The position numbers were made by a program, and so were the translations under genes. From Elusimicrobiaceae bacterium (GTDB taxonomy: Bacteria > Elusimicrobiota > Elusimicrobia > Elusimicrobiales > Elusimicrobiaceae): a DNA stretch of 64,000 nucleotides. Where the stretch lies: NCBI GenBank assembly GCA_017961295.1, contig JAGCXL010000023.1:65920-129919 (forward strand), in the 5' to 3' direction. The notes under the pieces are model-generated. The model did not search any database. It was not told the DNA's origin and saw nothing but the letters and a program-made list of their open reading frames with translations. This document shows, piece by piece, positions 19,462 to 29,872 of this stretch. Each line of letters begins with the position of its first letter. The first letter of the stretch is position 1.

Positions 19462-22400
19462 ATGGCAGAATTTGTACAACTCCATAACCATAGCGATTAT
19501 TCGTTGTTAGACGGCATGTTGCGCATTTCCGAAAACCACAAGCCCTCGGCTTTTCTAAAGGGATTGGCCGCGCGGGGTATTAAGGCCATGGGGTTAACCG
19601 ACCATGGAAATATGTATGGTGCGCTTGATTTTTACGAGTCTGCTAGCGCCGCGGGATTAAAGCCGTTAGTAGGGTGCGAGTTTTACGTTACCGAAGGGAA
19701 ATATGACGTCAAAGACAAGTCTTTAACTGGGCACCTTACCTTGCTTGCCCGCAATCATGAAGGGTACCAAAATCTAGTAAAACTTAATTCACTGGCATGG
19801 GTAAACGGATTTTATTATCATCCGCGCATTGATACGGATTTGCTAGCTAAATATTCCGGCGGGTTATTGTGCTTGTCGGGGTGTTTAAAAGGGTTGTTAT
19901 CTCAATATGTGCGCAGCGTGGATGGGTTTGATAAAGCCTGTGCATTTGCCAAACAATACGAAGATATTTTCGGAAAAGGCAACTATTATATTGAGCTTAT
20001 GGACCATGGAATTCGCGAGGAAATAGAAGCAATCCCTCTTTTGAAAGATGTAGCCAAACGTACGGGAATCCCGCTGGTAGCTACCAACGATTGCCACTAC
20101 GAGAAAAAAGAAGATTGGGAAGCGCACGATGTGCATGTATGTATTGCAACGGGAAAGACGTTAAGTGACCCGAACCGTATGCAAATGTCGCACGAACTCT
20201 ATTTTAAATCGCCCGAAGAAATGTGTGCGCTGTTTTCTCATACGCCGCAGGCATGTAAAAATACGCTTGTAATTGCCGACAAATGCGATCTGCAATTTCC
20301 TAAACATGGATTTATTTTGCCTAAGTTTGATATCCCGGCCGAGTTCCCCAATTCAGCTGAGTATTTTAAGAACCTTTGCCGCAAAGGACTTACCCAAAAA
20401 ATGCACGGGAACGTACCGGAAAATTACTGGAAACAGTTAGAATATGAGTTCAACGTCATTATTACTATGGGGTTTGACTGCTATTTCCTGATTGTGAGTG
20501 ATTTTATTAATTGGGCACGTGCTCATGATATCCCTATAGGGCCGGGGCGCGGATCCGGTGCCGGTTCTTTGGTAGCGTATAGTTTGGATATTACACGCAT
20601 TGACCCCATCCAAAACAAACTGCTTTTTGAACGTTTTTTAAACCCGGACCGGGTAAGCATGCCGGATTTAGATATTGATATGTCCGACGCCGGGCGTGAA
20701 CGCGTGATTGATTATGTGCGCGGGAAATACGGGGCGGACCGGGTGTCCCAAATTATTACCTTTGGTACGATGAAAGCCAAATTGGTACTTAAAGACGTGG
20801 CCCGCGCTATGGAAGTGCCGCTGGCAGAAGCTAATCGGTTGACCAAAATGATTCCCAATGATCCTAAAATGACTTTGGCAAAAGCGTTGGAAATCAACGA
20901 GCTTAAAACCGCCATTGAGGCAAGCCCGCAAGCTAAAAAACTTTATGAGATGGCCCAAAAATTGGAAGGGCTGAAACGTCATACAGGGATTCACGCGGCC
21001 GGTGTTTTGATTACGCGCGATCCGGTCAGTGAATATGTGCCGCTTTCGCGCGGGGCCAAGGAATCAATTACCACCCAATTTGAAGGGGAACCTTGTTCCA
21101 ATTTGGGGCTTTTAAAGATGGATTTTTTGGGACTTCGCACCCTTACAGTAATTGATAATGCCGAAAAGATGATACGGCAGCGGCATGACCCTAATTTTGA
21201 CATCAACCAAATCCCGCTGGACGATAAAAAAACGTATGAAATGCTTTCTGCGTGCAAGACATTGGGTATTTTTCAGCTGGAAAGCGGCGGTATGCGCGAC
21301 CTTATCAAAAAAATCCAACCCAGTCAGTTTAGTGATTTATCTGCTTTAGTGGCATTATACCGCCCGGGGCCCATGGAATCGGGCATGATGGATATGTTTG
21401 TGCGGCGTAAAAACGGGCAGGAAAAAATTACGTACGAAACCCCGCTACTGGCCGAAGTATTAAAAGATACTTATGGTTGTATGGTCTATCAAGAGCAGAT
21501 TATGCAAATTTCCAAGCTGCTTGGCGGTTTTACCCCCGGTGAAGCAGATACCCTGCGTAAGGCCATGGGTAAAAAGAAAATAGAAGTCATGGAAAAGTTT
21601 GGTAAAAAATTTGTAGAAGGGTGCAAAGAGCATAAAATTTCCGAAAAAATAGCTACGCATATTTACGAGCAGATGAAGGCATTTGCCGGGTACGGGTTTA
21701 ATAAATCGCACTCCTACGCCTATGCGTTGGTAACGTACCAAACGGCGTATCTAAAAGCAAATTATCCGATAGAATTTATGTGCTCGGCCCTTACCAACGA
21801 AATTGGTCACAATGCAATCGGGGCCGAAGATAAAGAAAATAAAATTGTTACGTATTTGGAAGAAGCCCGTAAAATGGGATTTGAAACTTTGCCGCCGGAC
21901 GTAAACAAATCTCAGCCGGAATTTTCAGTGGAAAAAGTGGGAGATAAAGAATATATCCGTTATGCCTTGGAAGCCATTAAAAATGCCGGAACGGAAGGAT
22001 GTATTTCTATTGTTAAAGAGCGCGAAAAAGACGGGCCCTACACGTCACTTGAGAATTTATGCAGTCGTATTGATTTGTTTCAGGCCAACAAGAAAACGAT
22101 TGAAAGCTTAGCCAAAGCGGGAGCGTTGGATAGTTTGTGCCCCGGGCAAGACCCTAAACAAGCGCGGGCCAATATCCTGGCCAATATTGACAACGCGGTA
22201 GATACAGCCCATCTAGTTGCTAAAGAAAAAGAAAATAGCGTAGGGAATTTATTTGGAGATGATTTTTCCAGTGTACTGAGTGTAAAGAAAAAAGATCCGG
22301 TTAAATCGCGCCCCTTTACACAAAGAGAGCTGTTATTTAATGAAAAAGAAGTGTTGGGGCTGTTTTTTAGCGGGCACCCTGTGGCGCGTTATCAGGAGCA

Positions 22401-22953
22401 TTTGGAGCGGTTAAAATGTACCCCCATTATAGATATTTTAGACGGCAAAGTTAGCGGGCGTTTAAATGTGCTGGGCATTATTACTCTTTTTAAAAAACGC
22501 CAAAATAAAGAGAAAAAAGAGTGGTGCCAATTTGTGATAGAAGATTGTACCGGCTCGTTAGCGGTGAACTGTTTTGCAAAATCTTATGCGCAGCTGGCGG
22601 ACAAACTGGCCCCCAATATGATTTTGAGTTTTACCGGCGATATTAAAGTAGATGATGAGAGCGCACGGGTGGAGCTTAACTTAAAAGATGTAAGCGATGT
22701 TACCGAGCTTATTGCTTCGGCCGCTGACGAGTTTACAGTTCGTATCCCGGCAGGATATCCCAAATTAGGGCTTGAGAAATTAAAACACTTTCTGGATATG
22801 ACCAAAGGGACTACCGTAGTTTATCTGGAGGTGCCTTCTAAAGAAGATCCCCAAAAGATTCACCGTATTAAAACCAATAAGCGCATTTTGCTACACAAAG
22901 GTTTGCTGGAATATATTGAAAATACCATGGGCAATGCGTGGAGTTTTAAATAA
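19462..22953 (+). CDS. dnaE: DNA polymerase III alpha subunit
   Basis: PHP domain HNHSDYSLLDG, GPGRGSGAGS, PDLDID, KMDFLGL, FNKSH. Confidence 0.98.
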   Translation: MAEFVQLHNHSDYSLLDGMLRISENHKPSAFLKGLAARGIKAMGLTDHGNMYGALDFYESASAAGLKPLVGCEFYVTEGKYDVKDKSLTGHLTLLARNHEGYQNLVKLNSLAWVNGFYYHPRIDTDLLAKYSGGLLCLSGCLKGLLSQYVRSVDGFDKACAFAKQYEDIFGKGNYYIELMDHGIREEIEAIPLLKDVAKRTGIPLVATNDCHYEKKEDWEAHDVHVCIATGKTLSDPNRMQMSHELYFKSPEEMCALFSHTPQACKNTLVIADKCDLQFPKHGFILPKFDIPAEFPNSAEYFKNLCRKGLTQKMHGNVPENYWKQLEYEFNVIITMGFDCYFLIVSDFINWARAHDIPIGPGRGSGAGSLVAYSLDITRIDPIQNKLLFERFLNPDRVSMPDLDIDMSDAGRERVIDYVRGKYGADRVSQIITFGTMKAKLVLKDVARAMEVPLAEANRLTKMIPNDPKMTLAKALEINELKTAIEASPQAKKLYEMAQKLEGLKRHTGIHAAGVLITRDPVSEYVPLSRGAKESITTQFEGEPCSNLGLLKMDFLGLRTLTVIDNAEKMIRQRHDPNFDINQIPLDDKKTYEMLSACKTLGIFQLESGGMRDLIKKIQPSQFSDLSALVALYRPGPMESGMMDMFVRRKNGQEKITYETPLLAEVLKDTYGCMVYQEQIMQISKLLGGFTPGEADTLRKAMGKKKIEVMEKFGKKFVEGCKEHKISEKIATHIYEQMKAFAGYGFNKSHSYAYALVTYQTAYLKANYPIEFMCSALTNEIGHNAIGAEDKENKIVTYLEEARKMGFETLPPDVNKSQPEFSVEKVGDKEYIRYALEAIKNAGTEGCISIVKEREKDGPYTSLENLCSRIDLFQANKKTIESLAKAGALDSLCPGQDPKQARANILANIDNAVDTAHLVAKEKENSVGNLFGDDFSSVLSVKKKDPVKSRPFTQRELLFNEKEVLGLFFSGHPVARYQEHLERLKCTPIIDILDGKVSGRLNVLGIITLFKKRQNKEKKEWCQFVIEDCTGSLAVNCFAKSYAQLADKLAPNMILSFTGDIKVDDESARVELNLKDVSDVTELIASAADEFTVRIPAGYPKLGLEKLKHFLDMTKGTTVVYLEVPSKEDPQKIHRIKTNKRILLHKGLLEYIENTMGNAWSFK

Positions 22954-23027
22954 CCGCGTAAAGGCCTTGCACCTAGCCTTTATCTAAATTTTTGCAATAT
23001 ATTTTTGCTATCCGGTGTTATATACGT

Positions 23028-23825
23028 ATGAAAAAATTATTACTAGCAGGGCTTTTGTTGTTGGGCCCCTTGGGGGCCTCGCTCTACGCACAGGCAGCCG
23101 GTCGCAATGTGGCTGTGCTTGCCTACTCGGCCGATCAGCTGGCTGCCCAATTTGCGGGCCAAAACCGCAAAAGTGTGGTAGCGGCTATTAATACCGTTCC
23201 CGCTTCCGAGCAGGTTTATACGGCGGCCGATGGAAAAGAATATGCGGTGGTGCGCTATGGAGGCGCACATCAAGATTATCGCTTGTTCTTGTTTGATTTT
23301 AAACTGCCGCAACCGTTAATCGGTGTGGCGGATAATCCCAAAGGGATTGTGGCGTTTAATGAAAAATACGGTATCAATATTCCGGTAACCGAACAGAACT
23401 ATGCCCGTAATACAGGCGCCTTTTTGACTACGGTAACTGACGTGGCAAACGGTACGGAATATCAAGTATACCAAAACAACGGAGAGTTTGCGCTCTTCCA
23501 AAACGGGCAGTTGGTGCGCAACTTTGCTAGCGCGCAAGAATACCAAGCCTTTATGGCTACGGTAACGGCTTCTAACTCGGCCTATGCGGCGCAGCAGGCC
23601 CGGGAGCAAACGGCCTTGGAACAGGCCCGGTTGAATAGTCAAACGTCTAATACCTATGTACGACGTTCTTATATAGGGCCCATTTTAGGTACGGCGTTGG
23701 TAGGGGGACTAGTATGGAACGGTATTTATTGGCACCGTCACCACCATCATTATTCCCACCCTGCGCCGGGGCAACATCGGGCCCCCGGTCAAAGACCCGG
23801 ACCCGGTCATCATCACCGTCGTTAA
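23028..23825 (+). CDS. Secreted hypothetical protein with His/Pro-rich tail; shares a domain with 29873-30916
   Basis: Signal peptide MKKLLLAGLLLL; C-terminal HRHHHHYSHP. Confidence 0.75.
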   Translation: MKKLLLAGLLLLGPLGASLYAQAAGRNVAVLAYSADQLAAQFAGQNRKSVVAAINTVPASEQVYTAADGKEYAVVRYGGAHQDYRLFLFDFKLPQPLIGVADNPKGIVAFNEKYGINIPVTEQNYARNTGAFLTTVTDVANGTEYQVYQNNGEFALFQNGQLVRNFASAQEYQAFMATVTASNSAYAAQQAREQTALEQARLNSQTSNTYVRRSYIGPILGTALVGGLVWNGIYWHRHHHHYSHPAPGQHRAPGQRPGPGHHHRR

Positions 23826-23827
23826 TT

Positions 23828-23863
23828 AAAATGTCCTCCCGGTTAAAGGGAGGGCATTTTTTT
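23828..23863. terminator. Bidirectional terminator
   Basis: AAAATGTCCTCCC/GGGAGGGCATTTT. Confidence 0.7.
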
Positions 23864-23873
23864 AACTGAAAAG

Positions 23874-24389
23874 TTATTGGAATTTGGTGGATTTTGTTCC
23901 GCCGTAATAGGAGTATCCCAACTTGGCTTTAATGAGTTCTCGGGCTAAATTTTTACCTTGGCCGTTGGTTACGTCACATAACAAGCGGAAGTATTTGTCG
24001 CGCCCGCAGTTGGTAAGAGAAACAGGGCCTTGCGCCAAAAAATTTTTAGTGAAATTTTTTGCCTCTTGCGCTAGTTTTTTCTCGCGTTCTGTTTGGCCTT
24101 TAATTTCAGGGGTGTCTACCCCCAGTACGCGCACGGGCACTTTTTCGCAGTAAACAGCCATAGAACAATTCAAGTTGATTTTAAAGGTGTCTCCGTCATA
24201 TACCGAAGCAATAGACACGTCTTCAAAACTGGCCGGTGTGGGAGTGTTTTCATCTTGCGTTAAGGGCTTGCCTTTTTGTTGCATAAAAAACATAATTACC
24301 CCCAAAATAATGGTAAGCCAAAATTTAGCTTGTTTTTGAGAATATTTACCGCCTGTGCGGCGCGTAGAAGTTCTTTTTTTGGTGGTCAT
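23874..24389 (-). CDS. Thermonuclease (SNase-like) family protein
   Basis: VYDGDTF, VRVLGVDTPE, DKYFRLL; N-terminal TM. Confidence 0.9.
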   Translation of the reverse strand: MTTKKRTSTRRTGGKYSQKQAKFWLTIILGVIMFFMQQKGKPLTQDENTPTPASFEDVSIASVYDGDTFKINLNCSMAVYCEKVPVRVLGVDTPEIKGQTEREKKLAQEAKNFTKNFLAQGPVSLTNCGRDKYFRLLCDVTNGQGKNLARELIKAKLGYSYYGGTKSTKFQ

Positions 24390-24390
24390 A

Positions 24391-25254
24391 TTAAGGTACC
24401 CATAACCGTAGGGAGTGCGGGCTCAATGTAATTTCCAATCGGCGTGCTGTTTTGCGCGGCTCGCCGTCTATGTGATAAAAAATTTCTTGGTCACTTTCTA
24501 TGACGGCCCCTTGTATTTTTGCATAGGCGGTTACTTGAAGGGGGGGTTCGCTTCCCGTAAAAAAGAACGGTAAGGCAGCAATAAGCTTGTATTTGGGGGC
24601 GTCGTTTAACACTACCAGGTCCAGTTTTCCGTCGGCAATGGCAGCGTGCGGAGCAATAATAAAATTGCTTCCGTATTGGCGGTTGTTGGCAAAGGCCAAA
24701 GATAACGGAGCCCAACGGTATTGCTTCCCGTCGATACTAATTCGTATAATCGGGGGGGTGTAAGCAAAGAGGGTTTTGGCGGCAAGTTTAAAATAAGGCC
24801 ACATGCCGCGCTTGCCGTATTGAGCAAATTTCCAAGCAATGGTAGCATCAATCCCTACCCCGGCTAAATTTAAAAAGGGTTCTCCGTTTGCATATCCGAC
24901 ATCGCAAGGTTGAAGGACGGCGTTTTGTAATTTTTGAAGCGTTTTATCCAAGGGCCCCAGTAGTCCCAGCTCACGCGCAAAACCATTTCCGCTGCCACGG
25001 GGAATAATTCCCAAAGCGGTAGAAGAGCCAAGTACACCTTTAAGCGTTTCGTTAATAGTTCCGTCTCCGCCCATGGCTACAGCCACGTCAAAATGTTGTT
25101 CGGCCGCTTCTTGTGCAAGTTCGGTGGCGTGACCGGGTTTTTGCGTAACGCAAAATTCGGCTTGCGGAAAATAGTCTTTGATTTGAGCTTGTATTTCTTC
25201 TACGTCCGCTGTTTTATTGCCGCTAACGGGGTTTAAGATAAAACGTATTTTCAT
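24391..25254 (-). CDS. Diacylglycerol/lipid kinase family protein
   Basis: NPVSG, GGDGTINE, PRGSGNGFA, IDGE. Confidence 0.92.
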   Translation of the reverse strand: MKIRFILNPVSGNKTADVEEIQAQIKDYFPQAEFCVTQKPGHATELAQEAAEQHFDVAVAMGGDGTINETLKGVLGSSTALGIIPRGSGNGFARELGLLGPLDKTLQKLQNAVLQPCDVGYANGEPFLNLAGVGIDATIAWKFAQYGKRGMWPYFKLAAKTLFAYTPPIIRISIDGKQYRWAPLSLAFANNRQYGSNFIIAPHAAIADGKLDLVVLNDAPKYKLIAALPFFFTGSEPPLQVTAYAKIQGAVIESDQEIFYHIDGEPRKTARRLEITLSPHSLRLWVP

Positions 25255-25598
25255 AATGATTTAAGTGTTTGCTCCGTTATATTTTCCGGTTTGAGTTGCA
25301 ATAGAGTTTCGCGTAATCGTTCTATTTTTAGAATTTGACAGCCGATCGAAGCAACTTTGCCACCGACTGCCACCAAAAAACCCATAAATAACGCAAATAG
25401 CCCTAAATTGGCAATTAAACTGGTTTGTTGCATCGGGAATTGTAAAGGGCCGACTTGTGTTTGAAATGTTAAATCGGCAAAGTTTATAATATTCGCCACG
25501 CTACCGCCATTTATAAACACTTGATACATGGCATGTAAAGCAAACAATATGATAAAAAGGCCGATACAAATTAGCAGATACCCCAAAATTTTATGCAT
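25251..25598 (-). CDS. Hypothetical membrane protein (2 TM)
   Basis: Two hydrophobic segments; 4-bp overlap with the kinase gene. Confidence 0.7.
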   Translation of the reverse strand: MHKILGYLLICIGLFIILFALHAMYQVFINGGSVANIINFADLTFQTQVGPLQFPMQQTSLIANLGLFALFMGFLVAVGGKVASIGCQILKIERLRETLLQLKPENITEQTLKSL

Positions 25599-25679
25599 TT
25601 TTCTTCTCCCGGCGCCGCTGCGCAGCCCTTAATAAAATAGTATAATTTATATTATACCTTTTAAGAGAGATTTTTTAAC

Positions 25680-28286
25680 ATGAAAACCAGTACACAAATC
25701 CGCAACGGATACCTAGACTTTTTTAAATCCAAAGGTTTACCGATATTGCCGTCCAGCTCGTTGATTCCCCATTCGGACCCGACCCTCTTATTTACCTCCG
25801 CCGGTATGGTGCAGTTTAAAGCTAATTTTTTAGGAATTGATAATTCCTTAAAAAATGCAGCCACTTGCCAAAAATGTGTGCGTACAACGGATATTGACAG
25901 CGTAGGATTTACCGAGAGACACCTTACTTTTTTTGAAATGTTGGGGAACTTTTCTTTTGGGGATTATTTTAAGAAAGAAGCGATTGCGTGGGCATGGGAA
26001 TATTTAACGAAAGTACTGGGGCTCCCTGCCGAAAAGTTATACGTCAGCATTTATAAGGGTGGTATTGCTCCACGCGACGAAGAAGCTTACGAAATTTGGA
26101 AACAATTTGTACCGCAAGACCATATTTTTGAACTGGATGAAGCGGATAATTTTTGGACCATGGGGCCGACCGGCCCCTGCGGTCCCTGTTCGGAAATTTA
26201 CTACGATTTCGGCGACAAAGGTTGCAAAAATCCGCATTGTGATATTACGTGTAATTGCGGGCGCTATGTGGAAATTTGGAACATCGTATTTGAAAGTTAT
26301 AACCGTCAGGAAGACGGTACGTTAGCCTCTTTGCCGCACAACAACATTGACACCGGTATGGGTTTAGAGCGTTTGTGTATGGCCATGCAAAATGCCAAAA
26401 ACGTATTTGAAACGGATTTATTTACGCCGCTTACCGCACAAGCCAAAAAAGATTTACATATTGAGGGTAAAACGCGGGAAGAGATTGCCGCTTTGCGTAT
26501 TATTGCGGATCACGCGCGCAGCTCCAGCTTTTTAATTGCCGAAGGTATTTTGCCTTCTAACGAAGGGCGCGGTTATATCTTACGTCGTTTGATTCGTCGT
26601 GCGGTACGTTATGCTAAACTAATGGGTAGCGATAAACCCTATTTGTATACGCTGGTGCCGGTGGTGCAGCAGATTTTTGCGGGACTATATCCTGAAATTG
26701 ATAAAAATGCCGCGCATATCCAAGATGTGCTTAAACAAGAGGAAAAAGCTTTCCGCAAAACGCTTGTTACCGGCGAAGAAAAATTGGCCGAACTTTTAGC
26801 CAGCGGAACGAAAACGATTGCCGGTGAAGATGCCTTCCACTTGCACGAAACGTATGGTTTCCCGTTGGAGCTTACTAAAGAAATCGCGCTTGCCAAAGGT
26901 GTAACGGTGGATGAGGAAGGTTATAAAAAAGCCAAAGAATCCGCCCAAGAAAAAAGCCGTTCTTACGCAGACGAATTTAGCAAAGGCAAAGTGATTGTTA
27001 TGCAGAAATTGGAAAACACCTTGCCGGCTACGCAATTTGTGGGATATGAAACACTGACGCAACAAGCCCAGGTATTGGCTCTTTTAAATGAACAATTTGA
27101 AACGGTGAACGAAATCAAAGGAACGGGGTTTGCGGTATTTAACACCACACCGTTTTACGCAGAATCCGGCGGTCAAATTGGCGACAAGGGGCTTATTTTG
27201 AAAGACGGCATAGAGATTGCACAAATTGTGGACGTGCAAAAACCCTTGGGCAAAATTTTCTTGCATCAAGTAAAAGGGATCCTTCAAAAAGGTGCTACCG
27301 TTACTTTGCAAGTAAATGCGGATTTGCGCAAACGCTGTATGGCAAACCATAGTGCGATTCACTTAATTAACGCGGCTTTGCGCCAGGTATTTGGGCCGAC
27401 GGTACACCAAAGTGGGTCTTATGTGTCGCCGGAGCGGTTCCGCTTTGATTATACGCTTTCCAAAACTCCGTCGCAAGAGGAGCTTAATAAAGCTTGGCAA
27501 ATTGCTAATAAAGCCGCGCAAGAGGCGTTGCCCGTTACGTGTCAAACGCGTCCGTTAGCCGATGCCGAAAAATTAGGGGCCGTTACTTTGCTAGGGGAAA
27601 CCTATGCTGACCCGGCCCGCTTTGTGCTGATGGGGGGGAGTTTTGAACACCCCGAGAAAAAGTACAGTTTGGAATTGTGTGCTGGTACCCATGTAAAAAA
27701 TACGGCAGACGTGATTACCATATTGGTACTGAAGGAAGGTTCGGTTTCTGCTGGCGTGCGCCGTATTGAAGGCGTGGCCGGGTATGCAGCCTTAGACTAT
27801 TTAAAAGAAGTGAACAGACAAGCCGATACATTGGCTGCGCGTTTAGTAGTTCCTGCTAAGGATGTGTTTGTGCGTGTCAACGCCATTATGGACGAGCTTA
27901 AAGAAGTAAAAAAACGTTACGAAGATTTCCGCCAAAAAACATTAGCGGCGGGTGGCGTGAACGAGATGAGCTTTACTTTGAAAAACGGTACTACCGTTAT
28001 TTTGCGTAAGGCCGATGAGGCACAACCTAAAGAGTTACGTAATATTGCCGATACGCTTGCGCAAAAACAAAAACAAGCCCTTGTAATCGTTACGTGTGAC
28101 CACGAAGGTAAGCGGTCGTTTGTAGTCAAAATGGCGGGCAAACTCCCCAACACAGATGCCGTAACGGTAGCCAAACAATTAGCTGAAGGGTTAAAGGGAC
28201 GCGCTGGAGGGCGGCCGGATTTTGCCCAGGGCGGCGGAGAGGCTAAAGAACCCATGGAAAAATTGCTTGCTACATTGGGTGTGTAG
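25680..28286 (+). CDS. alaS: Alanine--tRNA ligase
   Basis: DPTLLFTSAGM, HLTFFEMLGNFSFGDYFK, DTGMGLER, editing HxxxH/ELCAGTH, GGRPDFAQGG. Confidence 0.98.
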   Translation: MKTSTQIRNGYLDFFKSKGLPILPSSSLIPHSDPTLLFTSAGMVQFKANFLGIDNSLKNAATCQKCVRTTDIDSVGFTERHLTFFEMLGNFSFGDYFKKEAIAWAWEYLTKVLGLPAEKLYVSIYKGGIAPRDEEAYEIWKQFVPQDHIFELDEADNFWTMGPTGPCGPCSEIYYDFGDKGCKNPHCDITCNCGRYVEIWNIVFESYNRQEDGTLASLPHNNIDTGMGLERLCMAMQNAKNVFETDLFTPLTAQAKKDLHIEGKTREEIAALRIIADHARSSSFLIAEGILPSNEGRGYILRRLIRRAVRYAKLMGSDKPYLYTLVPVVQQIFAGLYPEIDKNAAHIQDVLKQEEKAFRKTLVTGEEKLAELLASGTKTIAGEDAFHLHETYGFPLELTKEIALAKGVTVDEEGYKKAKESAQEKSRSYADEFSKGKVIVMQKLENTLPATQFVGYETLTQQAQVLALLNEQFETVNEIKGTGFAVFNTTPFYAESGGQIGDKGLILKDGIEIAQIVDVQKPLGKIFLHQVKGILQKGATVTLQVNADLRKRCMANHSAIHLINAALRQVFGPTVHQSGSYVSPERFRFDYTLSKTPSQEELNKAWQIANKAAQEALPVTCQTRPLADAEKLGAVTLLGETYADPARFVLMGGSFEHPEKKYSLELCAGTHVKNTADVITILVLKEGSVSAGVRRIEGVAGYAALDYLKEVNRQADTLAARLVVPAKDVFVRVNAIMDELKEVKKRYEDFRQKTLAAGGVNEMSFTLKNGTTVILRKADEAQPKELRNIADTLAQKQKQALVIVTCDHEGKRSFVVKMAGKLPNTDAVTVAKQLAEGLKGRAGGRPDFAQGGGEAKEPMEKLLATLGV

Positions 28287-28304
28287 GCAACTAGATGTTT
28301 TATC

Positions 28305-28334
28305 AAAAAGCCCCGCTTGTAAGCGGGGCTTTTT
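28305..28334. terminator. Bidirectional terminator
   Basis: AAAAAGCCCCGCTT/AAGCGGGGCTTTTT. Confidence 0.8.
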
Positions 28335-28349
28335 GATGTAAGCGTAAGT

Positions 28350-29807
28350 TTATTTTTCTTTTTCATCAAGCGCGCACTTAACTTTGGGGGACTTTTCTAC
28401 CAAGTCCTTAATAGGTTTAATTACTTGCGCTTGCGGTTTAAGGGTGCAGGGCCCGCCGATACAACCGCCCTTGCAGTTCATGACTTCCAAAAGTTGGAAG
28501 TCTCCGGCCCCTTTGGCAAAAGCCGTCAGCAAAGCCATTGCTTTTTTGTCTAGGCCGTTAATAGCCATTTTCTTAAACGATTTTTTGCCGGCGATGGCAT
28601 TTTCCACCGCTTGAGCTACGCCGCCTGTTACGCCGTAGTAGCGGGCTTCGCCAGAAATACCCGGGTCCAGCGGGGTTTCTTCACACGTGGTAGGGTCAAT
28701 GCCTTTGGCATCAAACATAGCGCCCAATTCTTCGTACGTCATTACGTAATCAATATTTGGGTCTTCCATGCCTTCGGCTCGTTTGGAAACACAGGGCCCT
28801 ATAAATACAGTTATGTTTCCTTTTTTCTTTTCAATCTCGGCCGTATAAGCTGCCGGCGTTTTGGTGTGTGATACAAATTCTTTGAGTACAGGCAAATGTT
28901 TTTTAACGGCTTGTATCCAAGCGGCACAGCATGAGGTGGTCATAAAGCGGGCGCCGTTTTCCAGGCGTTCTACCAGTTCACGTGCTTCATTAGCGGTAGT
29001 CACATCGGCCCCTAAAGCAACCTCGGTTACGTGCGGAAAACCGGCTTTTTTAATTGCCGTAATCAATTGCGGCAATGTGCAATCAAATTGTCCCACAATC
29101 GATGGGGCAATCATGGCCACGACGGGGCCCCCCTTTTTTAGTTGGCCCAAAATATCAATCAGTTGGCTGCGTTCCATAATCGCGCCAAACGGGCAAGCTT
29201 CCATACAATGCCCGCAGGAAATGCACTTATCAAAATCAATTTCAGCTACTCCGTTTTCAGCTTTGTGAATTGCGTTAACGGGGCAGGATTGTTCGCAGGG
29301 AACGGGAATAAAAGTAATGGCATTATACGGACAGGCTAATTTGCAAGCGCCGCAATTTTTACATTTGTCAGCGTCAATAAACGAGCGTCCGTCAATAAAG
29401 CTAATGGCTCCAAATTTGCATGCCTGTTGGCATGGGCGAGCCAAACAACCTTGGCACGCTTCGGTTACCATATGGCGCGCCTTGCGGCAACCATGGCAGG
29501 CAATATCCATAACCGTAAGCGGTATCGGTGAAATTTCAGTACGGTTTAAAGCCTTTTTAGCGTAATCATTTAGAGAAGTGGCTTCGTCGTCTTCCTCTAC
29601 GCTACAACCCAGGGCGGCCAATGTGCGGGAGCGGAAGACGGCGCGCTCTTTGTAAATACAACACCGTACGGACGATTTAGAATCTTGCGGAATCACTTCG
29701 TACGGAATACGGTAAGCGTTTGTTTCCAAGGTTCCCTTGTCAAACGCTTCTATAATTTTGCGAAGCGCGGTGCGACGGAAATAAATAGCTTTATTGTCTT
29801 GGTTCAT
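28350..29807 (-). CDS. Monomeric [FeFe]-hydrogenase with ferredoxin domains
   Basis: H-cluster motifs TTSCCAAW, GPCVSKRAE, EVMNCKGGCIGGP; several CxxCxxCxxxCP. Confidence 0.88.
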   Translation of the reverse strand: MNQDNKAIYFRRTALRKIIEAFDKGTLETNAYRIPYEVIPQDSKSSVRCCIYKERAVFRSRTLAALGCSVEEDDEATSLNDYAKKALNRTEISPIPLTVMDIACHGCRKARHMVTEACQGCLARPCQQACKFGAISFIDGRSFIDADKCKNCGACKLACPYNAITFIPVPCEQSCPVNAIHKAENGVAEIDFDKCISCGHCMEACPFGAIMERSQLIDILGQLKKGGPVVAMIAPSIVGQFDCTLPQLITAIKKAGFPHVTEVALGADVTTANEARELVERLENGARFMTTSCCAAWIQAVKKHLPVLKEFVSHTKTPAAYTAEIEKKKGNITVFIGPCVSKRAEGMEDPNIDYVMTYEELGAMFDAKGIDPTTCEETPLDPGISGEARYYGVTGGVAQAVENAIAGKKSFKKMAINGLDKKAMALLTAFAKGAGDFQLLEVMNCKGGCIGGPCTLKPQAQVIKPIKDLVEKSPKVKCALDEKEK

Positions 29808-29872
29808 ATTACCTATATTCTACCATATTGCGTTTGAGGAGCACATAAAAAGTGCCCCCGAAGGGACACATT

